Assembly (NCBI GenBank): GCA_017558945.1
Contig: JAFYTG010000196.1
Span: 1 to 43,782 of the forward strand
Source: Clostridia bacterium
GTDB lineage: Bacteria; Bacillota; Clostridia; Oscillospirales; SIG627
Direction: 5' to 3'
DNA length: 43,782 nucleotides
Shown: positions 8,201 through 16,812 of the stretch, one piece after another
Layout: each line of letters opens with the position of its first letter
Position numbering within the stretch: the stretch's first letter is position 1
Position numbers and translations under genes: made by a program
The notes under the pieces: model-generated
Seen by the model: only the letters and a program-made list of their open reading frames with translations
Database searches by the model: none
Told to the model about the DNA's origin: nothing

Positions 8201-9900
8201 GCCTGCGATTCGGTCATGCCTTGAGCCTTATAATTCTTTATTGAGCTTTGCCACTGACTCTTATCACCCGAAACAAGAATATCGGCAAAGGTATTAATAA
8301 GATTGGTGCCGGGCTCTTCCAAGCCCTCGGTAAGTGCGTTTTTGGCAATATAACGGATTCCGCTCTTACTCCAGCTTCCGCCAAATAGAGCATCGAGGCC
8401 TATCTTCTCCATTATTAATTCAGCGGCGGCAGCCACTATACCGAGAGAAAGCGCCTGAGCGTTATTGAGTCCTCTGTCTCGGGCTTCGATAACGGTATCG
8501 CCTGCCACGCTTGTGCTCATAATGGCGAGTGAAGCGGCAGGGTTGCCCAAGGATGCCATAAGAGTAGTTCCGTAGCTTCCGAGACCCATTGCGATGTTAT
8601 AAAGCAGCTTACCTGTATCGTTCATATTCTCAGAAACGGCTTGTGTGGTTGCAGCCGATTCAAAGTTAAGACGGTTGTAGTCTGCATCCTGATTGATTTC
8701 GCCGTTTTTTATAAGGTCTATCACCTGTGTAGGAAACGTTGTTATTTTATTGGGGGCATTAAGAATGCTGATGATTGAGCTGCCGACGGGATGTGCTTTT
8801 GCAAACTCACGCGCTTCCTTTTCAATTTCATCTCTGCGTCTGCGGTACAAGGTGGACTCGCCCGTTTGTGCGATAGCTTTTTCAAGAAATTCTATATACT
8901 CATAAGCTTTTTCGGGACCTTCTGTTGCATATATATAGTTAAAGGTCTTTACTTCATCCTCGGTCATTTCCTCAAAGTGAAAGTTGTTGAATTTACGGTA
9001 TCTGTTATCCTCAAAATTAATGGCCTTGGCATCAGCATTACCGTTTATGTAATCATACAGAATATCGTCGAAGGCATCACCGTCTGAATAGTATTCCGTA
9101 TACTCGCGTCTGCTTACGGGATTATACTTTTTGATTCCGAAGATAGGCGTATCCTGACGGGTAGTTTTATACTCACTTTTTTCTTCAAAATCATCATTGT
9201 TTTTCAGATTGTCATAAGCAAAATATTTACTCCAGGTCCTTTCTTCTTCAAGAAGGGCTTTTTCTTTTTTCAGTGCTTCCAGCTCGGATTGTGCGGATGA
9301 ATTAACTGTGTCGTAGCCTTCGTCTCCTTGGGTATAATATGCTTTTTTTGCGTCGTCCGCACGGTTTGCTTCGATAGATGAAATACGTGAAGTTATTTTT
9401 TTGATATCTTTTTCAACATCCTGCTCGTTCCTTACAGTACTTCTCCACTTTGTGTATTCGGACTCATAGGAGTTAGCACCATCAAAAACGGCATTGTCTG
9501 ACACCTTGGAAAGCTTGTCAAGACCTTGTGCTTCAGCTTTTTTACCGGTAGTTTTCATAAAATCAGCTACTTTTTTCGGTGTATTATAAAGAGCACCTAC
9601 CGTATCGGCAACGCCTTTTCTTTCGGTTTCTGCCCATTTTGAAAACTCGGGAGAATAATAAGGATTTGTTTTCGAGGGCGCAAGACGCTCGTCAATTTGC
9701 TTTGCGCGAGTATCAACGGAAGAAGCTTTGAGCATGGCTTGAGGGTCAAAGCCTTTTACTTCTTTGGGTCTTGCATCAATCGGGGTATATGCTCTAAGGC
9801 GGTCAAGAGCACCTACCACAGTTTTTTTATCTGTGGCAGGTGCAGTATTTGTATTAACGTCAACGGGAGTGTATGATTTTAATTTCTCGAGTGCTGTCAT
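2230..9900 (-). CDS. Giant 2556-aa polyvalent-type protein, probably virion-associated, with a zincin metallopeptidase module and PBECR-like nuclease-fold modules
   Basis: RBS aggagg. HEITH zincin motif at codons 6811-6825. A GASHTYIRHGENG...IWITSSY module near 7250-7880 resembles phage Barnase-EndoU-ColicinE5/D-RelE (PBECR) domains. Gly/Ala-rich hydrophobic segments and long coiled coils are present. An EF-hand-like loop DTNGNGSYSAAE lies near the C-terminus. Confidence 0.6.
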   Translation of the reverse strand: MTALEKLKSYTPVDVNTNTAPATDKKTVVGALDRLRAYTPIDARPKEVKGFDPQAMLKASSVDTRAKQIDERLAPSKTNPYYSPEFSKWAETERKGVADTVGALYNTPKKVADFMKTTGKKAEAQGLDKLSKVSDNAVFDGANSYESEYTKWRSTVRNEQDVEKDIKKITSRISSIEANRADDAKKAYYTQGDEGYDTVNSSAQSELEALKKEKALLEEERTWSKYFAYDNLKNNDDFEEKSEYKTTRQDTPIFGIKKYNPVSRREYTEYYSDGDAFDDILYDYINGNADAKAINFEDNRYRKFNNFHFEEMTEDEVKTFNYIYATEGPEKAYEYIEFLEKAIAQTGESTLYRRRRDEIEKEAREFAKAHPVGSSIISILNAPNKITTFPTQVIDLIKNGEINQDADYNRLNFESAATTQAVSENMNDTGKLLYNIAMGLGSYGTTLMASLGNPAASLAIMSTSVAGDTVIEARDRGLNNAQALSLGIVAAAAELIMEKIGLDALFGGSWSKSGIRYIAKNALTEGLEEPGTNLINTFADILVSGDKSQWQSSIKNYKAQGMTESQAWVNAVKDKALELGIDGIAGALSGAAMSSVFSAPQIASDFNKAQSEWTGKNKYFDELEARAKASGKSMAELYLEDYENGALKSTSVELDDNNTASVNETVETMSKDGRSIITVKLSKDNYENGLRFKNFINSVNSMLDKSLISKRKHKIGEASKNHTEIVNSLMKTINPRFSSEGYQIWIDGTGASHTYIRHGENGKADKSMFDEASQFLIPWAIQNADSGEFVLDKNGNVSLSTRFQNSDGSYAPQIRIEKKVGNNTIYVSECVPDSTNKIIWITSSYIKKGSKGQLLNIEEYSSPQLTSETSLDSNATNISIPHPDSSVNPDTSDTKDEASQLPYTVQNDPLPFVTAEEYVTEEYREKTASNRAFTDDPTKYEGKERYIVERAIASGVLNDTEASHRLVDLAAKLYSRTGVEFEFVNNERLKESGFSVGNRFVNGVYTGKTVLINAESRKAWQSVIGHEITHVLEGSKYYDSLQRAVIGYANQIGVYEDKHKAVARMYRTVKNADINEELTAELVGEYLFSDEGFVNSLAAKHPNLAQRILNEIKHVISLIKANTPEARKLLTAQHRLERALNSKLKNNSGEVRYSLTQKDVRDLDINWDPDNFSTLKEQLIAHLDEVNSMQPVVDVTYSKQDKRPYYKVLEDTLKKSFGNKIDVQGLGSILFDEDAISSIENYAKTDPERAAAIASPYVIKKGKIISGHKNHKGQGTVSITFAAPAILNGEKGNIVVSVMFGKGRVHSLRVLSPEGKAFELLKTKDTESRTEKISFSMGRSNNATVDPYINSMSENMITSPDGNVNGKYSLSPKNVEQSDIGAYSTPLVDLYYKGNGEADTADDVEPIVLKTAEEMYPDARADSIAEGQATVKGANLQKLESLEKELEELGISRHDTKVSFDDEIAGLQFLLSQKRNDTSKTATQLKARIARLERLRDDSLAILDKRIEDVQARIDKMGTPEFKQREQRMSKREEYDLLMQQLIGDSSTWRDKKLGLHYSTNTLRRNLRDIIRKADGTHDIERADAIWDELQGKYNVHEAQLIREANSIKSPYADMKITRAEDAYIQMLGELRHNPDTTLTEDDVSRFYDEHKNEIDTKKVERAIKMARETYDGLFARLNETLREQGMKEIPYREGYFPHFTDEKQGWFARLFNWKIKSNEIPTDIAGLTETFNPERSYQPFNKERKSDITDYSFTKGLDSYVQGALDWIYHIEDIQKRRAFENRIRYEHSDKGAQEEIDKIIAEGHDEETTQALIDKVLETKSNPLNNFVIDFRKQTNTLAGKKSTSDRSTETALNRKFYSVMDNVSSRVSGNMIGGNIRSALTNFISVTQSWGEVSLGSSLKAFGDFISTTFKNDGLTEKSAFLTNRLEKVEKLYKSGWDKVSDSVSIPMEMIDSLSSEVIWRGKYYDNIKEGMSEAQAIYNADVFCSSVMASRSRGEMPTAFEAKNFISRIFTAFQLEVNNQYGYMFKDMPRDLKNEGIGRLIFGYVKMFIGAALFNLVFKELTGNDAAFDPIGMAADTIRDIRDGDENTVSNLVDNIVEELPFVGGYFGGGRFPLESALPYGSVSELIDGLPQDLSRIGNGGLKSIAKELENPATYLFLPTGGGQISKTVKGGIALAKGGSYKTDSKGDEKLQYPYYSDEGAKSVGNAAKALIFGKSSLPTAQDWVEGGFKSYTSDQTRAYEEMKAVGAGEREALELINTIRTTEKTKDKRSALRNSNVSDEAKLSLYYNMLASNTESERATLDRISSPSAINVILDIKNADKMHNKAKLILDGTLDSHDRVLLFEEYIGDDSESYDKLIDTGLSEGVAVHLALSLKALEPLGNKTSVSQAQKWDAVAQAGYPEETTLEALKALVTEDAQSKRLDLCYDNDVPLKAFTALKLNMSEYDTNGNGSYSAAEYQKAIDGLFPTSYGFALPGGDNEISLTVQQKAALWQIVTGSSSVKNNPYGDYASGIAQAFNDGKASESGTQPKYNLPERKFNLPKREYNFPTRQ

Positions 9901-9910
9901 TTTATCCTCC

Positions 9911-11290
9911 TTAGGATATTCCTACTGCTTTCATTATATAATCGAGCTCATTCTGACTGATACGTCCATCACCAACGGCTTCTATGAGATTTTTACGCTG
10001 GACAGAGTTTAATCCTTGCACATTGCCATTTTCATTTCGAATGTGACTAAGATAAGTCCTTGCAGTGGGACTCAATTCCGATTCATCGGTGATTTCTTTT
10101 TCAAATCCGTATGACATAAGCGATTCCTCTGTCAATCCGTAATCGGTGATTAAACGATTCCAATTTTCCGCACTGATTACACTGTCTTCGTCAGCAAAAC
10201 CATTATCAATAATTGACTGTCGCCAGCCTTCAGGTGTATCGGGATATTTTTTTCCTGAGGCGTTGTATACGTAGTCTATATATGCATCGCTCCAGCCGTT
10301 ATTTTTCAGAACAGTACGAATATTATCGTCGATATATCCTGCCTCAAGGGCGTTACGTGCATCGGTGAGACTCATTGTTGAGGTAACGGACGAAGCCGAC
10401 TTCTGTTGAGCCTTGACAGAATCTACCACGGCTTGAGCATCCGCCGTGTTTATTCCCGCACTAAGAAGCACGTCGGAGGAGGGCATTATACCGTTCTGGA
10501 GCAAGGTCATTGCCCAGCTGCGAGCATTTGTCCTCTCGTTATTCTCCTGCTCACGTGCTATTGCATCATTCTCCCTCTCTATAACGCTTTTATTATAGTC
10601 AAGGGTATCGTTACGGTTAATAAGCGACTGAAGGACACCTGCATAGCTGTCCGTCCCTCTCTGTGCCAGCTCAAGTGCGGCGTTCGCCGTTTCCACGTCT
10701 CCCGTAAGCTTGGTATCGGTTATAGCCTTATCAAGCTCGGCTTGAGTCCTGATTCTCTCCTGCTCGCCCTGACGGAGTGCCTCGCCGTAGCTTGTATCCA
10801 GCCCGAGAAGAGAGCTTTCAGACATTCCTCCCGTGATTCCCTGAGAAGCGAGCTGCTGATTTACGTTCTTTTTAGCCTTCATCTTATCAAGATAAAGCTG
10901 TCGGAAAAGGTTAGCGTAGCTTTGGTCGGTCGAGGCCTTCTGTGCATTCAGGTCGTTCACCGCCTTATTCACCGCCGCATCGTTGGCTTTTTTTGCGTTG
11001 TTGTAAGCGGCGGTATATCCGCTCGACGTTAAATTCTTATACTCCTTAATGAGAGAATCGGTATCATTGGGATTAGAGTCCGCTTTCCTTGTGCCATCGT
11101 AATTATAAGCTTGTGTATACGTCATATTAGAACCGGCAAGCGTGGGCTCAACTCCTTTGTATAAATGATCGATTTTTGCAGCTCTTTCTCCCGTGTATTT
11201 CGCTCTTTGTTCGGCAGATAAGTTAGTATCGGCAAGCAACGCACTATAATCCTTGTCGGGATCATATCCAAGTTTAATATTATATGCCAT
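9911..11290 (-). CDS. 459-aa hypothetical protein, coiled-coil rich, possible virion or ejection protein
   Basis: Strong RBS aaggag. Tightly packed between the endolysin and the giant gene. No motif recognised. Confidence 0.5.
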   Translation of the reverse strand: MAYNIKLGYDPDKDYSALLADTNLSAEQRAKYTGERAAKIDHLYKGVEPTLAGSNMTYTQAYNYDGTRKADSNPNDTDSLIKEYKNLTSSGYTAAYNNAKKANDAAVNKAVNDLNAQKASTDQSYANLFRQLYLDKMKAKKNVNQQLASQGITGGMSESSLLGLDTSYGEALRQGEQERIRTQAELDKAITDTKLTGDVETANAALELAQRGTDSYAGVLQSLINRNDTLDYNKSVIERENDAIAREQENNERTNARSWAMTLLQNGIMPSSDVLLSAGINTADAQAVVDSVKAQQKSASSVTSTMSLTDARNALEAGYIDDNIRTVLKNNGWSDAYIDYVYNASGKKYPDTPEGWRQSIIDNGFADEDSVISAENWNRLITDYGLTEESLMSYGFEKEITDESELSPTARTYLSHIRNENGNVQGLNSVQRKNLIEAVGDGRISQNELDYIMKAVGIS

Positions 11291-12037
11291 TTATTTCTCC
11301 TTTTTTATTGCAAGTCTTTGGAGCATAGTCCATACTTCTGCTCTCGTTGCGGGTTCATTGGGACGTGTACCGTCTGCAATACCGTTTTCCACCGCCCACC
11401 TTTGAGCGTCGGCGTACCACTCCTCGTTTTTCTTCAAGCCAAAGAACTCGGCTATAACCTTGGCTTCAGCCTTTGCGAGCTCTTCGAGGTTGCCATCAGC
11501 AGAGAGCCACCTTGCACACTTGAGGTTGGTGTGGAAGCCGTGCTCAACTATAAGGCCGGGAGTACCTACCCTTCGGGCACCGTAGAGAACACCGTAGTAT
11601 TCGTCATCAAGCTTCCCGTTGCCGTCTCGGTCATTGTCTGATTTTTTCTGATATACCTGATATCCGGACAGAACCATCGTATCTTTTATACACTCGCCAA
11701 GCTTTTCGGCAAGTGTTTTTGACACATCATCAATATCGGTCCAGTCAACGTCCTGATATGTAACGACAACTGCTCTATCAACACTCTCTGTGTTGCAAGC
11801 GTTAGAATGAAGCGAGATAAACAGGTCACAGCCTTGTGATTTCATTCCTCTTTCGTGGAGTGGTAAATCAACGTCCTTGTTATCTCTTGTTGTTATAACT
11901 CTGATGTTGTAGGCTTCGAGTTCTTTCTTGAGGGAATTTTGCAGTTTCCACGTCATATCGCTTTCGTAATAAGAAGGAAAAACGTTGCTTCTGTTGTATT
12001 TGCCGTAGTGACCTGCATCAAGACAGACTTTAGGCAT
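11291..12037 (-). CDS. N-acetylmuramoyl-L-alanine amidase endolysin (Amidase_3-like) with an SLH-like C-terminal module
   Basis: CLDAGHYG and ISLHSNA motifs. C-terminal WYADAQRWAVENGIADGTRPNEPATRAEVWTMLQRL resembles an S-layer homology repeat. The start at 12037 has better SD spacing than 12046. Confidence 0.8.
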   Translation of the reverse strand: MPKVCLDAGHYGKYNRSNVFPSYYESDMTWKLQNSLKKELEAYNIRVITTRDNKDVDLPLHERGMKSQGCDLFISLHSNACNTESVDRAVVVTYQDVDWTDIDDVSKTLAEKLGECIKDTMVLSGYQVYQKKSDNDRDGNGKLDDEYYGVLYGARRVGTPGLIVEHGFHTNLKCARWLSADGNLEELAKAEAKVIAEFFGLKKNEEWYADAQRWAVENGIADGTRPNEPATRAEVWTMLQRLAIKKEK

Positions 12038-12302
12038 CTGAATCATCTCCTTTAGGTGTAGTATAAGTCATAGCCCTTTCACTGTCAGATACGCCCTTTG
12101 TAGTCGGGTCGGTAACTATACCCAAAATTGCAAGAACGATAAACACCGCTTCTACAACGGTCAGCAACCTTTCCCCGATTTCACTCAAATCAAGAATATA
12201 CCCAAAAACATTTGCAACCGCCTGAATGAGCAATATAACCGCAGGGATAATTGCAAGCCAAAAGTTTTTGTTTTTGAAACGTACCAACCAATTAATTTTC
12301 AT
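12030..12302 (-). CDS. Holin (phi LC3 / holin_4_1-like)
   Basis: MKINWLVRFKNKNFWLAIIPAVILLIQAV...AILGIVTDPTTKGVSDS matches the typical family pattern. Sits upstream of the amidase. Confidence 0.8.
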   Translation of the reverse strand: MKINWLVRFKNKNFWLAIIPAVILLIQAVANVFGYILDLSEIGERLLTVVEAVFIVLAILGIVTDPTTKGVSDSERAMTYTTPKGDDSDA

Positions 12303-12318
12303 AGTGCATTTTCCTTTC

Positions 12319-12600
12319 TTAAAGTCCTAATTCAGATAAAAGATAACCCACAACTGCGGCGATGATGAGAGTTATAATCTGTTCCCACCGCTTAGCAGGA
12401 ATGTTTTTTATATTTTTTACATCAGTTTTTATCTCTTTTACATCGGCTTCTACTGTTTTTTCTCTTTCGTCAAGGCGAGCAACAGTATTCACTATCTTGT
12501 CGAGGTCGTTTTGTCGTTTTTCAACGTCATCAAGTCTGTGTGAGTTTGACTTTGAGCGTTCTTCCACTTCTGTCAATCTCTTTTCGTGTGCCAAGTCCAT
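12319..12600 (-). CDS. xhlA: XhlA-family lysis accessory protein
   Basis: N-terminal coiled coil plus a C-terminal TM segment (WEQIITLIIAAVVGYLLS). Occupies the PBSX-like xhlA-holin-amidase position. Confidence 0.65.
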   Translation of the reverse strand: MDLAHEKRLTEVEERSKSNSHRLDDVEKRQNDLDKIVNTVARLDEREKTVEADVKEIKTDVKNIKNIPAKRWEQIITLIIAAVVGYLLSELGL

Positions 12601-13037
12601 TATGTCACCGCCTTCCATCCGCTTGGATACTCAATCGGAGACCATATGTTGTTATCACACGTTGATTCATACTTCTGTCCGTTGAATGATACAGCATCAC
12701 CCGTCATATACGCATCGGAGCTTCCAAGAGGCTGCACCCATTCGGGAACACCCTCTTCGGTAATACCAATAGCCTTATACAAGCTCGGCGCAGTATCGGG
12801 AGTCCATTCCTCGCTTGAGGTGTGATCCTGCAATACCACATAAAGCTGTGTATCTCCTACGGCATTCTCACCAAAGCCAAATACCTCTTTCACCTTGTAA
12901 TTTCTGCCTATCTCCCACTTCGGAAACACGCTCGGTACTTCGAGAATACTCTCACTCTGCGTATCCACATCAAGTGTTGCAAGGAACATCTGCAAAGCCT
13001 TGCGCAATTCAAGTGCAATCTGCTTCTTATTCATCAT
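12600..13037 (-). CDS. Tail-associated protein with a C-terminal carbohydrate-binding (CBM5/12-like) motif
   Basis: YMTGDAVSFNGQKYESTCDNNIWSPIEYPSGWKAV resembles the chitin/carbohydrate-binding aromatic pattern. The start MMNKK has SD gggggtgg. Confidence 0.45.
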   Translation of the reverse strand: MMNKKQIALELRKALQMFLATLDVDTQSESILEVPSVFPKWEIGRNYKVKEVFGFGENAVGDTQLYVVLQDHTSSEEWTPDTAPSLYKAIGITEEGVPEWVQPLGSSDAYMTGDAVSFNGQKYESTCDNNIWSPIEYPSGWKAVT

Positions 13038-13395
13038 CTGCCACCCCCAAAAGCACATCAAGTATCTCATCCGTTGTTGGCTCGGGGATAGGCTCGGGAG
13101 CAGGCTCGGGAACAACACCCTCGGTCATACTCGTTACTACCGTTACGGTATACGGAATATGTTCAATGATTGGCTCTTCGTCCTCTGTTTCCTCATCAAC
13201 TTCTATCGGGTAATGCTTGACCTCTTTGTAGCGGGTCTCCTCTGCTACCTTGATGTTGACGAAGGGGAAGGTGCTGGGGATGACCATATCATCGGGTATC
13301 TGTGCGTATCCTTCGGGAATTTCGCTGATGTCGGATGTTTGATTAAAGTGAGCTCCGTTTGGGAGTGCTTTAATTTCAATTATTCTCATTTTCAT
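13027..13395 (-). CDS. 122-aa hypothetical tail-module protein (acidic, Pro/Glu-rich C-terminus)
   Basis: ORF translationally coupled to the fiber gene. The start may be 13389. Confidence 0.5.
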   Translation of the reverse strand: MKMRIIEIKALPNGAHFNQTSDISEIPEGYAQIPDDMVIPSTFPFVNIKVAEETRYKEVKHYPIEVDEETEDEEPIIEHIPYTVTVVTSMTEGVVPEPAPEPIPEPTTDEILDVLLGVADDE

Positions 13396-14936
13396 TCCCC
13401 CTTGCCTATTGCAATATAGTAATATGTTTTTAACTGCATAGAATAATCAATATTGTCCCCTAAATTTGCGCTGAATGTATTCGCAAATTCCAAATCGCTT
13501 GCCCGTTTTTTTGAAATGATATCGTTAGCAAAATTCCAATAGGTTCCTTTTTCGCTAAGATGTCTGAAGAAAATCGCAAACGAAGCAAAATCGTTATCCT
13601 CTGTTTCGGGGCAGATTAAGAATACGATATCAGGAGAAAAGCCCAACGCAAATTGTACGATTCCCTCAATCCCGCCTGCACCCTCATAAGTTCCCGTAGC
13701 TATCCTGCAACTGCCAAGCCAATTTGCTATCGTGTTTTTTTCCTCATCCGTTAAGGTGTACTTGTTCGCAGTAAGACCTACCTTTACAGCGTAGTCAAGA
13801 ATCGAAGGTGTGATTGGCATATATGCGGAACGTTTGTCATTGTCAACGTCAATATGACTTTCTTTTGCACCATGTATTGCAAGGCGATCAACACCATCAA
13901 TCCCCTTGTAATACAAGCCGTATGTCGCGGATGAAAGTCGGACTATACCTGCCTTGCCCGTTCCCTTATTCTTGTCATATATTTCGGCATAATCGGTGTT
14001 TTTGACATAGTTTGACGGGTCAAAGTCCGCTATTTCAACCGCTCTATCGCGGGCTTTTTTCGATTCTTCGGCGGCTTTCTCGGCGTCTTGCTGGGCTTTC
14101 TCGGCAGCTTGCTTGGAACTGAGTGCGCTTGAAGCACTATTGGATGCCGCTTGTTTTTCATCCTCTGCAAGCGACGCCGCATTACTTGCATCCAGCGCTG
14201 AAGCTGAAGCCTTCTTCGCATAATCTTCCGCATCATTTTTGGCAGCCACTGCATCTTCTTTCGATTGTTTTGCTTCTTCGGCAGAATTAGACGCATCAGC
14301 AACCTTTTCTATAAGGTCACTCTTAAGTTCCGAGGAAAGATGAGCGTTCGTAATAGATTCATCCTTGACCTCAGCTTTGACAGAATTATTTCCAAGGTTA
14401 GAAAACTTGACGGTATTGCCTTCGACAAAATCCGTAAAGCTTATAAGAGCTGTCAAGGGGATTTCCTGCTTCGTTCCATCAACAAGCTCGAGAATAAGTT
14501 TTTCGTTTTGAGAATCATACTCAAAATTTACAGCGATTTTTTCCAGCCCGGTATCTAAGGTTATTACCTCACCATTTTCTCGCTCAAACGAAAAAACACC
14601 GGTTTTCTCGTCGAATGTAACATTCTTGATGTGAGACTCACTTACCTCGTTGGGTGTATAAAAACTCTCAATATGATTTTTGAGTTTTTCCGTTGCCGTA
14701 AATACACTCAACTTATTATTTTCCCCGAATAAGTCGGTCATTCCAATTGAGGATGCCCCCAAATCAGATACAAGCTTATCAATAAGAGCGTTAAATTGAG
14801 TCCTAACGTAGTCTTTTATCAGGCGGTCAAAGACAGCCTTATTTTGTGCCGCACTGCCAGTAAGCTTATCCCCAACCGATTGAACGCCGTGTGTTTTAAT
14901 ATCCTCGTCTTTAATTTTAAAGCTTTCAATTGACAT
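13392..14936 (-). CDS. Tail fiber / receptor-binding protein
   Basis: Central Ala/Ser/Glu/Lys-rich coiled coil (ADASNSAEEAKQSKEDAVAAKNDAEDYAKKASASALDASNAA...) is typical of phage fibers. Position fits the tail module. Confidence 0.6.
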   Translation of the reverse strand: MSIESFKIKDEDIKTHGVQSVGDKLTGSAAQNKAVFDRLIKDYVRTQFNALIDKLVSDLGASSIGMTDLFGENNKLSVFTATEKLKNHIESFYTPNEVSESHIKNVTFDEKTGVFSFERENGEVITLDTGLEKIAVNFEYDSQNEKLILELVDGTKQEIPLTALISFTDFVEGNTVKFSNLGNNSVKAEVKDESITNAHLSSELKSDLIEKVADASNSAEEAKQSKEDAVAAKNDAEDYAKKASASALDASNAASLAEDEKQAASNSASSALSSKQAAEKAQQDAEKAAEESKKARDRAVEIADFDPSNYVKNTDYAEIYDKNKGTGKAGIVRLSSATYGLYYKGIDGVDRLAIHGAKESHIDVDNDKRSAYMPITPSILDYAVKVGLTANKYTLTDEEKNTIANWLGSCRIATGTYEGAGGIEGIVQFALGFSPDIVFLICPETEDNDFASFAIFFRHLSEKGTYWNFANDIISKKRASDLEFANTFSANLGDNIDYSMQLKTYYYIAIGKGE

Positions 14937-14950
14937 ATTCTATGCATTCC

Positions 14951-16810
14951 TCATTTCTTTGCAAAATTGCCCGTTACAAAATGCTTGACGATACCGTAAA
15001 CTCCGAAGCCCTCGTTTGCGGTATCGTTGACTATAACGAACTGAAGACGTTTATAATTTTTCACCTTGCGATTGAGAGGTATTTCGCTCGGTGCATCGTT
15101 TGAATTAAAGGTGAATCGGGCAAAATCAATATCCTCCCAGTTAAAGATATCCATCGTTCCCGATGCCGCCTCCCATTCAACCGCATCCTTGTCGGTTCTG
15201 AGATATATCGTTGCCGACGAGCGCGTGTACGGCTTAATTGTTACGGCGTTTCCTTTTTTGAGAAGCGTTTTAAGAATCATAGGGTCGCCGTCATCGTCTG
15301 CCTTTGTGCTCCACACAGCTCTGATGGGATCTCCTCCGTCGTTGAACTTCGTAAGCCCGTCGATATCGGTATTGAGCTTACATATTCTGCCGTCTTTTGT
15401 GCCGAAATAGAGATATTCCTTTCCGTTTTCAACGAGCTTCATCACCACTCTCGCGGGGATGTTATCCCAATAGAAGCACTCATATAAAAAAGAGGTATCG
15501 GCACGTGAGGGATAGCTCCTTTGCTGTTTGCCGTCAAGGCCGTAAACACGACCGTCGACAAAAACCATATACGCACCGTCAAAGCTGATGCTCACAGCGT
15601 CTGACAGGTTCTCCTTTATGAGCTTAGGGTCAATCCTTGCACTGCGGTTCTGTACTATCCTTTCGCTCGTCAGGCTGTTTGTAGTGAGGGCATATATTCC
15701 CGAGCCTGTTATAAAAAGCTGTTCATCGTCGATATTACCGAAGCCAAAGCGGCTGACGGCACCCGCACCCGATAAGCAAGGCTTTGTACTCCACACCGCA
15801 CTGCCGTCCTCGGACAAGCCCGAGCTTCGTATGAATACGGTTGAGTCCTGACCGTTATCCTCTTTAATTATCGCAAGGTATTCACCTATACGGCGATATC
15901 CGACTATTGACGTTTGCGCCGTTCCTATCACCTGATAATCCGTATCAGACCAATAGGTACCGTCGTTAAAGGCGCACGTAAAGTCATAATTAGGATAATC
16001 GGGATTACCCGAGGCTATAATTCTGTCGGATGCCCCTCCCACGCCCCACACGGTAGCCACACGGCATTTGTTGATTCTGTCGGAATAGCCTTCAAGCTTT
16101 TTGGAAAACGTTATAAAAACGTTGTCCTCAGCACCCACAAGAGGAGCTGAAGGAGCCTCGGCGAACGTTACGGTTCCTTTTGAATAATCTACCGTGCAGT
16201 CGGTCACATCTTTGCCGTTAACACGAACTGAAATTTCTATTTCGATATCCTCGTACGGCAGCTTATACGTCTTTGCTTTACCGTCAGCCAGATATCCTAT
16301 TCGTTGCTTAGAGGAAAGGTAGTTGATTCCTTCATACGCCACGCCTCCTCCATCGGAGGGAGAGGCGGAAATCACCGTAAGCGGTATATATGCAATATCC
16401 TCGGCAGCAACGGCGCTTTCGCCGTCATACCTGAACAGCTTCTCACCCGTAAATATCCACAAATAGCCGCCCATATATACGGCGCTTGAACGCTCATCGG
16501 GAAGATCATAGCGAAGCTCGTCAATATAGCCGCTCTCATCCCACTCAAAAAGCATATTACATCGGTGACATATAAGGTGCTTTTTACCCTTAAATTCGAC
16601 CGAATACAGACCGTTGATTCTTTCATCACTGTTACCGTTGAGTATCACCCTCCAGCCGGGACGCTTTTCGGGCATACCGCCCATATCCGCAATTATGTTA
16701 GGTGCCCATGGAGAGCGTGAATCATCAACAAGTGACGGATCCGTCGAGAAATCCACTCCCTTGAATCTTGAATAGTTTTTTGTTCTTATGCTAACCGAAC
16801 GCCTTGCCAT
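14951..16810 (-). CDS. 619-aa tail structural protein (possible nozzle/tubular-type)
   Basis: Size and position between the head-completion and fiber genes. Beta-rich sequence. No explicit motif recognised. Confidence 0.45.
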   Translation of the reverse strand: MARRSVSIRTKNYSRFKGVDFSTDPSLVDDSRSPWAPNIIADMGGMPEKRPGWRVILNGNSDERINGLYSVEFKGKKHLICHRCNMLFEWDESGYIDELRYDLPDERSSAVYMGGYLWIFTGEKLFRYDGESAVAAEDIAYIPLTVISASPSDGGGVAYEGINYLSSKQRIGYLADGKAKTYKLPYEDIEIEISVRVNGKDVTDCTVDYSKGTVTFAEAPSAPLVGAEDNVFITFSKKLEGYSDRINKCRVATVWGVGGASDRIIASGNPDYPNYDFTCAFNDGTYWSDTDYQVIGTAQTSIVGYRRIGEYLAIIKEDNGQDSTVFIRSSGLSEDGSAVWSTKPCLSGAGAVSRFGFGNIDDEQLFITGSGIYALTTNSLTSERIVQNRSARIDPKLIKENLSDAVSISFDGAYMVFVDGRVYGLDGKQQRSYPSRADTSFLYECFYWDNIPARVVMKLVENGKEYLYFGTKDGRICKLNTDIDGLTKFNDGGDPIRAVWSTKADDDGDPMILKTLLKKGNAVTIKPYTRSSATIYLRTDKDAVEWEAASGTMDIFNWEDIDFARFTFNSNDAPSEIPLNRKVKNYKRLQFVIVNDTANEGFGVYGIVKHFVTGNFAKK

Positions 16811-16812
16811 TG

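Noticed and set aside
2230-9900. Calling the giant ORF a tail tape measure protein
   Set aside because: It is not located between tail chaperone and distal tail genes, and no tube or sheath genes exist. It also contains enzyme-like modules (HExxH, PBECR-like) that are atypical for tape measures.
10406-11032. 208-aa plus-strand ORF
   Set aside because: It is antisense to the 459-aa gene, has no RBS and has shadow-ORF composition.
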